A stretch of DNA of 64,000 nt, from contig NW_027191404.1 in NCBI RefSeq assembly GCF_041146345.1, positions 1,240,001 to 1,304,000 on the forward strand, read 5' to 3'. The position numbers and the translations under genes are program-made. This DNA is from Neodothiora populina. Its lineage: Eukaryota. A model generated the notes under the pieces. It ran no database searches. It was not told the origin of the DNA and saw nothing but the letters and a program-made list of their open reading frames with translations. How positions within the stretch are numbered: position 1 is the first letter of the stretch; each line of letters starts with the position of its first letter. Shown one piece after another: positions 12,026 through 24,274 of the stretch.

Positions 12026-15000
12026 ATGGCGGGTTCATCCAGGGGAACCTCGTCCAGAGGTGGCGCCAAGGGCAAGTCGGCCGCAAAAGTGGTCAAGCCC
12101 AGCAAGAAAATCATACACAGCACAGCGTCGAGTCGCCGGCACCATTTCGAAGGTTTCACGCAGAGAATCGCCAAACTCAAGATCGATCCCATCCGTCGGA
12201 CACGTCGGGCAATAGGGGCAGAGGGAAGCCATGAGCTGCATGTCGATTCCTCGTATTTCCGCACTGCTCTGGATGAATGGAAGGACATCAACCTGTCGGA
12301 AAACTTCACAGCCTTCGCCAAGGCAGTCTATCCTCTGTCCGAGAGTCTGGCCATGGTTCTGCACTACGAGGATCGAATAATGGACATCTTACTATCGCAT
12401 ATTGAACAGGGCAACATCATTTCCCTCGAGCCTCTGCTCGCCCTCATGTCGCACTTCGCACACGATCTCGATGTGAGATTCGAGAAGCATTTTCAGAGAG
12501 CGGTGGCGACAATCACGCAGATCGCAGCCAGAGATCCCGAGCCCGAAGTCGTCGAGTGGTGCTTTTCCTGCCTCGCATGGCTATTCAAGTATCTGTCACG
12601 TCTGTTGGTGCCTGATCTCCGTCCTTTGTACGACCTCATGGCGCCTTACTTGGGCAAACAGCGCCAGAAGCCTTTCATTATCCGCTTCGCCGCCGAAGCC
12701 ATGAGTTTCCTGGTCAGAAAAGCCGGGAGTGCATACACAAAGAACAAGGCGCCGCTGGTCTCTGTTGTAAATCACATGTTACGGGACTATGCTGCCTCGG
12801 TCGCATCTGCCCCCAATGACCTCTATAGCCAGGGCCTAATGACCCTTTTCACCGAATCCATAAAGGGCGTACAAGGATCTCTGCATTCGGGCGGTAATGC
12901 GGTCCTCCAATGCCTAACAAGCTTCTGCTTTGATCCGGAGCACGATGTAGCCTTGAGGCGTGCCACTCTAGAGGTACTCAAAGGGTCGTTGATCAGTGTC
13001 CTTCATCACACAGATGTGGAGACTTTCAAGCCCATCCTCGACGCTATCCTGGACATGACGGACCTCGAAGGCGCCGACGCCCTCAACAACCTCGATGCGG
13101 CGAGTATGCTGCTCTTCACCGTCTCGTCCCATCGCAAGGGATCTCGCATCGGAGACTGGTCGCTGATTATCGGAAGAGTTGCCGGACTTGCCAAGGCCAT
13201 TGACAAGAGCACTGCGGTCCCAGATCACGAGAGTATGACCAGTGTCCTCAAAGCCTTGGCAGTAGTCCTACATTATGCCCCCATTGACGCTGTTCTTGCG
13301 CACATCACCATATTTGACACCATCAGCCGTGGAAAGTGGCGCACGACATTTCTACCATTCTGCACTTTCTTTGCCGATCTGGACCCAGACCGATTTCAGG
13401 GATTGCTCCTCTCACACTTCCAGCGCTTTGTTGCTAGCAACTGGAAAGAGAGCGAGGCATCTCTATGCGCCCTGATTCCTGCCCTCTCCGAAAGCGGTAC
13501 CTTCTCAAAAACGCCTCTGCAGTGTCCCTCGGCCTGGCAGAAGGGTATGCTTGCTCATTTAACGAAAGCGCTTGCCAAATCACCGACCGATCGTGAGGGC
13601 GATGATTTGCTAGCAATTTGCAATGGAGAGCTATCCGTACTCCGCGTCACCCAAGGAGACGCCGCTACTCGAAAATCCATTAGTGCTCAGCTGCTCAAGA
13701 TGGTCAAGGAGGCCGCGCAATCTGAAAGCTCTGAACTCGGAGGCTGGGATCTATTTGCTCTGGGACAGGCATTCCAATTTGTTTCTGACGTGGCACCAGA
13801 TGTGCTCCAGGAGCAAGTCTCTCTCAAGACACTGTGTTCGGCATCCTCGCGGACTAAGGGGCTCCTTGCGTATTGGCAAGCCCTCAATAAAGTGATACAT
13901 ACGACCAAAGACCTGGATCTGTCTTTGACTTGGATGCAAGAATTCTTAAGTCGTGTGATTGATTGCTTGAGCAGTCCATCCCATGACCTCAGACTCGTGG
14001 CAATGAACATCTTAGAAAACCTTTACCATCAGAGCCAGCAAGAAGTCCCTGATCTGATAAGTGTAGCTCTCTCGATTGAGGAGACACCGCCCTCAGTACA
14101 GACCGCTCGATTCATCTCTTCCCAGATCCGTCGCTTGGCCATGGGATTTTCTGCGGTATCTTCTGACGACATCTTGGTCAAGGCAATCCCGGCATACTGC
14201 TTCGGACTGTTACATCTGCAGCTTTCTCAAGCCTGGCAAGACTCTATCGATGCTCTCAAGGAGATGGCACAGAACGATCGAGCTGAACAACGAATATTCG
14301 ACGTGACGTTCAATTGGCTGCAAGGCTCGGCGCAGGACGAAGAAGCCACAGACGAAGGCGAGGCAGAACTCAGCCGGCAGATTGCACATGTCAGCTCCGA
14401 CTTTCAATGCTCGAATATCCTCCAGATTGAGAGGGCGTGTGAAATTGCTCTTGCACCCTTTACGGATCCTCAGACGTCACTCCAGCATATGTTTGCACGC
14501 CAGCACAGACGCGCTCCTCCAGCAAAACTTTCCAACCGATCGCAAGCTCTTCTTGCACTCAATGGAATGCCCCAACTTGCAGAAAAGCGCTCACGAATCT
14601 TAGTCCCTGTGCTCCTCGAATGGGCAGGCGACGAAATGGATGCTGAGGACATGGACGAATCTACAGATGGAGAACGCTGGAACCGCAAGGACCAGAAGGC
14701 TATGCTTAATGTGTTTGCACAGTTTCAGAATCCCAGAGTTCTCTTCAAGGCTGAGGAGGTTCGACATGCGTTGTTGAACCTGCTAAGCAACGGAGACGCA
14801 GAGATTCAAAAGTCCGCACTCAAAGCTCTCGTGTCCTGGAAGACCCCCGGAGTTGTCAAGTACCAAGAGCATCTTTTCAATTTTCTTGACGATGCCAGGT
14901 TCAGAGAAGAGGTGTCTGTATTCCTTCGGCTCGATCAAGAAGGAGATGCAATTCGCAGCGAAGACTGTGCTGAGCTCATGCCAGTCTTGTTGCGCCTCCT

Positions 15001-18000
15001 TTATGGTAGGGCGGTCACCAGAGCCGGCTCGGCAAGTGGCAAGCGCGGCCAGCAGACACGTCGTAAAGCCATCTTCGTGGCATTGGCCAGGTTCCCGGAC
15101 GCTGTTCTTCAGCAGTTCCTCGAGATCTCACTTGGAGCTCTTAGCGGATCAGAGCTGATTGTCGACGGAGGTCTCAACTCAACGGCTCTTGACGAGTTCT
15201 CTTTCGCACAAAGAAAACAGGTTGGTCTTCTCAACATGCTAGACGACATGCTCCAGACACTTGGAGATCGTCTGAATAGCTTTGCCACTAAGATTGCCGA
15301 TGCTGTCCTACTGTGTCTTCTCAAGATTTCAAAAGTAAACATCCCTATGGAAGACTCGGACAATGATGTTGCAGAGGATCAGCACACTTCACTGGACCGC
15401 GCAATCCGTCAAGCAGGATTTCACTGTCTGATTCAACTTTTCTCTTCCTGTATCGATGTTGCGTGGCACGGTCACGCTGCGATCATCATGAAAGAGCTTG
15501 TAAAGCCAAGGTTGGACAAGCTGCCGGTAGAAACTGCTCAATCGGTGTCTGGTACACTTCGACTGTTCTCTACCTGGAGCAGTCAACTCTCTACCTGCAC
15601 ATTCTTGACCGAGTTCTACCCAGAGACATTACATATTGTGGCCGAGTGTCTCACCGTCCCCAGCGCCAAGAACGAAGTGAAGCTTTTCATTGTCGAAAAT
15701 ATCATTGGCAGACTCCTTGATACCATCGAGCCGCGCCAGAAGAGTAGCTCCAGCTCAGTCGTGAAACGGACAGCGGTACAGGAGGTTGCCCGCAAGGAAG
15801 TGTTGGAGCCAAATGCCGGAGCATTCGTGGTCAGGCTCGGAGGCGTACTGCGTCAAAGTCCACCAAAGGATCTTCTCGATTCCAGTGTGCTGTGTGTGTC
15901 ACGTCTCGCTCCGCTAGTTTCTGGCGTCGAAAACATCCGAGATGTCATCGATGTGTCGATTTATCTTTTAGGACAACCGCCACGGACTGTTCATCACACT
16001 ACCAAGCGCGATCTGTTGCAAACTTTGAGCTTCCTGATACCTTCCGCAGAGCTGAAGCCTGACGAGGAGAGCTTCGACAAGATCTACACTACTCTCTGCC
16101 CCCTGTTTGCGTTCTTCAAGGACAGAGAGAGTCGAACCTTGCTCTCGGCTGTCACTAATCAGCTTAGCACAAGCGATGAGCAACTCACGGAGGTAGCAAG
16201 GCTGTGTGACGACCTCAACTCTTGGTTGACTAATCGCCTTGACGAGCCAGACTATGAGCGTCGTTCGGAAGCATTCAATGCGATCAACGAGGATAAATAC
16301 AAGGTCTTCACGGCCCGGCAATGGCAGCCACTCGTATACAACATGCTCTACTACATTAGAGACAACGAGGAACTCGCCATCAGAACCAATGCGTCGTACT
16401 CGCTGCGCAGATTCATCGAGGCAGCAAGTCAAGAAAACGACTTCAAGAACGATGGCTTCAGAGCCTTAGTTTCGGAGGGTCTATGGCCTGGTTTGCAGAC
16501 TGGAATCCGTGAACCATCGGAACTTGTCCGTGTCGAGTTCCTCTATGTCACCGCGCACCTCATCAAATACTTCCCAACGTGGCCTGCCGTTAGCGACATG
16601 CACTCCCTGTTGGTTGACAATGACGAAGAAGCTTCTTTCTTCCACAATATCCTGCATATTCAACAACATCGCAGACTCCGTGCCTTGAGGCGACTCGCGG
16701 ATGAAGCCAAGGACGGTGTCATCTCCAGCACGAATGTTAGCAACTTTTTCATTCCTATATTAGAGCATTTCGTCTTTGATCCTGCAAGTGATGAAGGCTC
16801 CTACATGCTGGCTGCAGAGACCATCCAGTCTGTCGGAGCTCTGACTGGCTGCCTCGACTGGCAACAATACAGAAATACTCTGAGGAGGTTCGTAGGATAC
16901 ATCAAGAGCAAAGAGGAACTCCAGAAGACTGTCCTTCGCTTGGTCAGCGCCGTCATTGATGCTCTCGACAACGCGGCTCAAGCTAAGAATGAGGCTTCTG
17001 TCGATAAGGTCGATGGAATGGATGTGGACGTGGACGAGTCACCAGCACAAGGCAATCTTAAGCTTACCGCTACCCTGCCGAGTCCGGAGAAACTGTCGTC
17101 GGAGATCAACAAGCAGTTCCTGCCACCCCTGACCGACTATCTGCATCTGAAGGATGAGTCCACGGTCAGCTTGCGTGTTCCCGTTGCCATTTCGGTAATC
17201 AAACTTATTCGTGTCCTTCCTGCCGAAGAGCATCCCGTCAAGCTTCCTTCTGTGCTAATGGACCTGTGCCACATCCTCCGTAGCAAGGCCACAGAGGCGC
17301 GAGACATGACCAGGAAGACTCTCAGTAAGATTATGGATATCCTTGGAGCATCATACTTTGGGTACATCCTGAAAGAACTGCGAAGTGCGCTACAGCGTGG
17401 TTACCAGCTTCACGTGCTGTCGTTCACTGTTCACTCGCTACTTGTTGAGAACATTGACGCCTTGAGCGCGGGCGCTCTGGACTATTGTTTACCTGATCTC
17501 GTGGCGATTGTCATGGATGATATTTTCGGCGTTGTCGGTCAAGAAAAAGATGCCGAGGAATATATCAGTCAGATGAAAGAAGTCAAGAGCAGCAAAAGTT
17601 ACGACTCGATGGAGCTATGTGCAAAGATCACCACCTTGCCGCACCTTGGTCAGCTCATTCGTCCGATCCAGACTCTTTTACTAGAGAAGATTGATCTGAA
17701 GACTGTCAAGAAAATCGATGAGCTTTTACGTCGTATTGGTCTCGGAACTACCCAGAATGCGGCAGTCAAGGACAGAGATGTTCTGAAGTTTTGTTATGAG
17801 GTTGTGCAACACGTCTATGCCACTAACGCCGCCGACAAAATGGCTCGCCCTGTACTTGACTACAAGATTCGCAAGTACTTGATTCAGATGAAGAGTGCTA
17901 ACAAGAACTCCCACAAAGGTGCCACTACTTCCTATACCTTCAAGCTTGTCAAGTTCGCACTTGAGCTTGTGCGATCCGTCTTACAGCGACACGAGGACCT

Positions 18001-20040
18001 GAAAACGCCGGCCAACTTGGCAGGTTTCTTGCCGATCATCGGAGACTCTCTGGTGGGAGGCCAGGAAGAAGTAATGATGGCAGCAGTCCGATTGATGACC
18101 GCAATCATAAAGGTACCTTCGCCAAAGATTGCAGAGAATGCGCCTGTGTATGCTTCCGAGGCCGTCAAAATGATCCGCGCGTCGCCCTCAACAACCACCG
18201 AGCTGGCTCAGGCAGCACTCAAGCTTGTCTCTGCCATCCTACGTGAGCGACCCAATATCAAAATCAAGGAGAACGACATGGCATACATGCTCAAGCGATT
18301 GAAGCCGGATCTCGAAGAGCCTGACCGCCAGGGTGTGATCTTCAACTTCCTCAGAGCAGTAGTGGGACGCAAGATTGTCATCGCAGAGGTGTACGAGACC
18401 ATGGACACTGTGGCTGCGATCATGGTGACGAATCAAACACGGACAGCACGTGATCTCGCCCGCGGTATCTACTTTCAGTTCATGATGGACTATCCTCAAG
18501 CCAGCAACCGTCTTCAAAAGCAAATGGGATTCTTGATCAAGAATCTCGAGTTCAAGTACCCAGAAGGACGTCAGTCCATTCTTGAGTTGTTGCACCAACT
18601 CTTGTCAAAGACCAACGGCGATCTCCTGCAGGAGCTAGCAAGCATGCTTTTCGTGCCGCTCGTCATGATGATGGTCAACGACGACAACCCGCAGTGCCGT
18701 GAGATGGCCGGAGCACTCATCACCAAGATATTTGCACGCGCAGATGCTGAGCACCTAAAGAACTTTGTATCGCTCATCCGAACATGGCTCGAGCAGAACG
18801 AGCAAGCATTACTGCGTCGCATCGCTCTGCAATGCTGGACCATGTATATCAGCGGCGAGAACGAAGTCGCCGTCCCAGCCAAGGATGTCTCGTTTCTGTT
18901 CAAGCAGCTCGCGGCTGTGCTCGTGCCCGATGGAAAATATGATGTCGAGAACTGGGAGATCTTGTACTATTCTCTCCAAGCATTTGCCAAGCTCTGTGAG
19001 ACTGCACCCACAACTGCATTGGCTCCATCGTCCAAAGCCATCTGGAACAACATCTTCAATTGCATGACTTTCCCGCACGCATGGGTCAAGCTCTCTTCGT
19101 CTCGACTCGTGGGGTTGTTGTTCGCCGACGTCGGCTCCGCCTCTTCGAAAACCGAAAAGGGACTCGCAGCTTTACCACTCAAGGCCTCTGGCGGCATGGA
19201 GTTGACCGAAGAGGAGATGAGAAGGCTGTGCAACTCGAGTCTGAGAATAATGAGATCGACGAGCGCGACCGAGCAGCTCGTCCAGCAGACTGCGCGAAAC
19301 CTGGTTTTCCTCGGTCGCTGCTACGGAGTCAACGATGCCATGTGGGTCGACGATCGACAAGTGCAGCAATCGCCCGAGAAGGAAACCACAAACGGCGACG
19401 TCGACGAAGAGGGAGAAGACGACGATGAAGAAGAAGACGCAGAAGTCGACGTCGAAGACGACGCCTCCGAAGCAGAAACAGCAACAAAAGCGCCCCTCCA
19501 ACGCTCCGCCCTAAACTACCTCCTGAACCGCCTCTCGAGCCTCGTGCGGCGCGAAAGCCCCGGCGGACTCTCGATCCCTGCCCTACAAGCCAAAACAGCC
19601 TGTCTGCAAAGCGAAGCAGCGCTGACAAACCTACTGCCTCCAACCGTCTTCTTGACCCCCACAACCCCACCAACCTTCTCCCCCTCCTCGTCACCCTCCT
19701 CACCCCCCTCCACCTCCTGACCGACTCCTCGATCCCACCACCCTACATCCCCGCGCACAACGTCGCTCTCAAAGAAACCCACGCCGCCCTCACATCCCTC
19801 GCGACCGAGCTCCTTTCTCTGCTCCAGAAGAAACTCGGCACGTCAGTCTACGTCAACGCCATGGGCGACGTGCAGCGCAAAGTGCGTCAGAAGCGCGAGG
19901 AGCGCCGGCGCAAGCGAAAGGTGGACGTCGTCGCTCATGCGGATCGGTACGAGGATGTCAAGAGGAGGAAGCAGGAGGGGAAGAAGAGAGTTCGCAAGGA
20001 GAGGGGCATGGAGAGCAGGGGGTTCAGGAGGGGGTGGTAA
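12026..20040 (+). CDS. UTP20: U3 snoRNP / SSU processome HEAT-repeat protein Utp20; reading frame shifts by -1 near 19656-19672
   Basis: ORF of about 2560 aa starting with HHFEGFTQRIAKLKIDP and containing LQRGYQLHVLSFT and MKEVKSSKSYD. The conserved-looking C-terminus (LLQKKLG...KREERRRKRK...GFRRGW*) lies in the -1 frame and ends at TAA 20038-20040. Confidence 0.93.
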
Positions 20041-20555
20041 GTGTTTTTTCTATCGTTTCGTTTCTTTCTGGTTCTTTGGTGCGCGAGGTGGGGAAGGGGG
20101 ATTGTCGTTGGCTAGATATAGGTGGGAATAAGTATAGATATGTACTGTACATAGAACGTTTGAGTGTGTGTCTCAATGGAATCTCTCTTGTCGTTTGCTC
20201 TGTTGCTGGGGCCAGTCTCTCTGCGTCTATCCTTGATTGATGTTCCATATTCCGGATCTTGTAGTCCTTCTCTCACTAGCCCAGATCTGGGTATGGTATG
20301 GTATAGTCTGATATCGTTAGCCCTCACGAAAAGAGATCGAGATTTCGTATACAGAAGAACTACAAGAGACAAGTAGGGATTACAATATCGACATTTGATC
20401 CGCAGTATACACATCGTTACAGTGGGCATGTTCTTCTTCTCTCTCATCTAGCTATAATATTCGTCTTTCATGCACCACTTCAACTCCCTGACCATCCACC
20501 TTCCCCTCTTCTTCTTCCATTTCCGCATTTCCTAAGGGACCATATCAGACAAAAC

Positions 20556-23264
20556 TCACCCCTTCAGTCCACCCCCACCTCCACCATACCCGAACCGAAT
20601 GCCAAAACTGACCCCGACAGCGACGAAAAGCCCAACACAAAGCACCGACGGGCCCCACGCATCATGATAAGTAACCGCGACTCTATTCCTGATCTTGTCG
20701 ACGCGCCACAAATACAGACACATGGAGTAAAACAAGGACAAGCAGGCGAGGATGGAAAAGGACCAGGCGGAGGCGATGGAGAGGGCGTCGCCGAAGTTCA
20801 GAAGCGCGGCTGCGATGCTGGCTAGGATGATGGAGAATTCGAGCTGCAGGAGTGGTCAGTCAATACGGATCTTGGGGTTGGTTTTTAGGATGCGGTTGAT
20901 TGTTGGATGGGTGGGTGTTGGGGGGAGGGATGATGATGATCTACATGCAGAACAAAAAGAAACTCACCCATGATAAAAAGGTTCTCTCGGCTGCGAAATA
21001 CACCTTTGGCTCGACGCGCACAGGCACGTGGATCTTCTTGCCCTTGGGCGCCTTGTACCTCTTCTCCGTCACCATTCCCGCGGTGCCGGACGCAGTGGCT
21101 CGGGGAATGCCCATTGCGTCACCGCCGCTGACGGTATTGGGCATGGTTGTCGCTTTGGGCGCGGGCACGATCCACTTCATGCTGTCCAGGAGCTTGTTGC
21201 CCGCGACGTGCGAGTAGTGTTTGGCCAGTCGGACGCGGTAGTGCCAGCCGCCGATGCGTCGCGCTTCTTCGAGCTCGTCTTCCGAGTCTTCGTCGTCGTC
21301 GTCGTCGTCGTCGCTGTCGTAGATGGGGTAGTCGTCTTCGGGCGCCAGAGGCTTGGCTGCCATGCGTTCTTCTTCGTCTAGGGAGTTGGGGTCGGCGTCT
21401 CCGTTTGTTCGCGTGCCGTTGCCGTTCGTGGCGCCGTAGTCCATGCGTTGCTCTGCTTCGTGTTGTTCGAGTGCGTCTCTGGCGGCACGTAGGCGGCGCA
21501 TCTCTTCGTTGTCTTCGTCGCCGAGAAGTGGGGGGCGGGGACGGAAGGTGCGGTATTCGTCGTCATCACCATACTCTTCGTCCGAATCGTCGTCTAGCTG
21601 ACCGCTGGTAGAGACGTCTCGGCTTTGACCAGGTCGCTCGATACCGAAGCGGTGCGAGACAGGCTTGCGGATGTCGACGTCCATCTGAGGCATCCAGAAG
21701 GGCAGCAGATGGATGCGCGAGGGGAACAGGGTCGCAGTTCCATGAATAAACTTGGAAAACTTGGGCACGGCTTCGACCAGATGAGATGCAGTCAGCTCGC
21801 GGATCCACTCTGGCGGTTGCTGACCCATCTGGGTCTGGAGCTTGACTTCGAGTACAGCATAGGGGAATCGCTCAACGTCCTCGGGGCGCAGCTGCGAGAA
21901 GGGGAAGTCGATGCCGATGTCGGTACGTCTCCAGTTGTCGCCTGCTCTCTTGCGTGCGTCCAGATTGTCTTCGCGGGTCATGGTCAATTCGGTATCGAGT
22001 GAAATACGAACACGGGCGTCGCCAGGAAGCTGGAAAGCGGTACGGTTGTAGAAAGAGCGGGTGACGGGGACGAGTTTGCGAGTGATGACGCGGTACTGCA
22101 CCTCTCTCGCCAGCTGCTCGAGGTCGGCGATTTCCTTTGCGCTCTTCTTCTTGTCGCGGCGCATCTTCTCGAAAGCCTGCTCGACGGTGTAGTCGCCACG
22201 CATGAAAGCGTTGACGTTCTTTTCCTTGAGCGTAAATCGAGCCTTGACCGACTTTTCACCGGTCCAGTCCTCTCTATGCGTCTTGCGCTCGACGAAGATG
22301 GTGTCCGTCTCCATACCGCCATACCAGCGCAGACGGATAGCCTCAGCTCCCTCGGTCTTCTTCAGCCGACCCTCGTAGAGCTCCCAGGTGTCGGTGTTGT
22401 CGTAGTAAATGGAAGAGATGGCCGAATCCTTCTGCTCAAACTCTTTGTTGGCGTTGAAGACCAAGACAGGCAGATGCTTGAGGACGATGAGCTTCAGCTC
22501 GGTGATGTTGTCCGGGTGGACCCAATATTTGGTGGTCTGACGGACAAAGTTCTGCTGACCGCCGCCGGCAGAAGAGTCGCCCTTGACGGGGTTGCCGCGT
22601 GTCCTGACGTTGTCGTAGAGCTTGGACAGATTGATGATGGACTGGTCGTAGTTGTCCTTGAAGAAAGGCTTAGCGTTGAGACGAGCAGCGAACAGCGGCC
22701 TCAATTGCTTGTCGGGGTACAGCTTGTCGTGCTTCTTGATGATCTTCTGGAAGCCGGTGTAGTTCAACTGGGTGAACTTGGCCAGGTCGTGAACGTCGGC
22801 GATGATGTCGGACAGGTCTTCCTCCAACAACATGAAGTCTTCCTCGGTGGGCGCATCGACGGGGGCCTGTTGGGACTGAGGCTGGGCGGCTCTCTGGTCG
22901 GCAGCATTGGATCTCGCAATGACATCGTTGACCTCCTTCTCGCTGATCTTGATCCTTCGCTGGATCTCACTGCTCTTGACCTGTTGGAAGTTGCTGACTT
23001 TGTCCAGCTCGGCCTCGAGTTCCTCGTAGAAGCGCGTCTCGTCCTCGTCCGTCCACGGCTTGCGCTGGACTTGGCCGTTGCCAGCAGCGGAAGGTCTGCT
23101 CTCGATCTCGGTCTGCAGGAGTTTCTTAAGCTCGTCGTAGGAGATGTAGTAGTAGTACCAGTCCTTGATCAGCGAACTGTGCAGCTGCTGTCCGAACCTG
23201 GAGTTCGATTGGTTATTTATCTAGTCAATGGCGCGCAACAAGCAAAGGAAAAGACCTACTTCAT
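20556..23264 (-). CDS. VTC4: Vacuolar transporter chaperone 4 (polyphosphate polymerase); exons 23264-23260, 23197-20968, 20843-20556
   Basis: SPX start MKFGQQL after splicing. VTC domain ([41 protein letters not shown]). C-terminal three-TM domain ([24 protein letters not shown]). Confidence 0.96.
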
Positions 23265-23535
23265 GATTGCGGTGCAGTGACAGCTCGAATTGGCAGTAGT
23301 GTTACACCCACTGATGCTACTACCTCTTCACTCGGGTTCACTGGCAGAACCGCAGGAGTCGAAGTGGATGGCGCTCTTGCACAGACCAGAGCGAGGTCGA
23401 GTAAGGCAGGAAACAGAACGAAAGACGGACTGAAAGAGAGAAAAGAGAACAGATTCACGACATGGACAGAAAGCAAAAGAGAAAGGTTGATGAACAAATG
23501 TTACATTATTGTACCTGTATACCACCACTAGTCTT

Positions 23536-23539
<4 letters not shown>

Positions 23540-23570
<31 letters not shown>
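23540..23570. repeat. (CT)n dinucleotide microsatellite upstream of VTC4
   Basis: About 15 perfect TC units visible. Confidence 0.9.
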
Positions 23571-23573
<3 letters not shown>

Positions 23574-24274
23574 ACTTTCAGCTTTCACATTTCCACCTCC
23601 ACATGGAAATCCTCCGTCATACCCTTTTAGTGTTGACAGCACAGATACCAGTAATTACAATCTACAAGCAAAGAACATTAGAACAACCCCATTGACTTTT
23701 GCCATTTCTCAACCAATCAATGTCCAGCGTTCCGTCACGGGCATGACATGTGCTGAAACCCTTGGTCAGTGCGTCCCACGTTTCTTGGTCTGTCGTTTAC
23801 CTTTACCACTAATTAATCACTATCGCCTTTTCGAGATCCGATGTCCGTCGTTACGAGAACACACTGCTATACGAGGAGAAACATTGTCTTCGAGTTTACC
23901 ATTATACTTGATGAGAGAACCGGAATACCTTCGCTGAGGCGAAGGCGTCAATTATCATTTGTGGACCGTCATCTCGCCGCCTCATCTCTTGTGTCAGGCT
24001 TGGAACCCATGCCCGCTCTGCTCACTTTGCTCACTGCAGAATGCACCGCGTGCTAGCCATGGTCATGATGATAAAGGATAAAAGTCAAGTCAGATCCCGC
24101 TCCCCCTGTCCTCTCCTGTCCGTGATGCTTTTCAATCGTCAGTCGAACGCCGCCCTCATGTGCTCAGAAGAACCCCCTGCTCGTTGTGTAGAACGCCCTC
24201 GAAACAAGTGTTGTAAATGCCGAGTAGAAAGTGGTAGAGAAGCAAAGAGACATGAATCTCCACCTTCTCTCCTT

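Noticed and set aside
22276..23280. 334-aa antisense ORF over VTC4
   Set aside because: Shadow ORF expected from strong C-ending codon bias in the real gene; no recognisable motifs.
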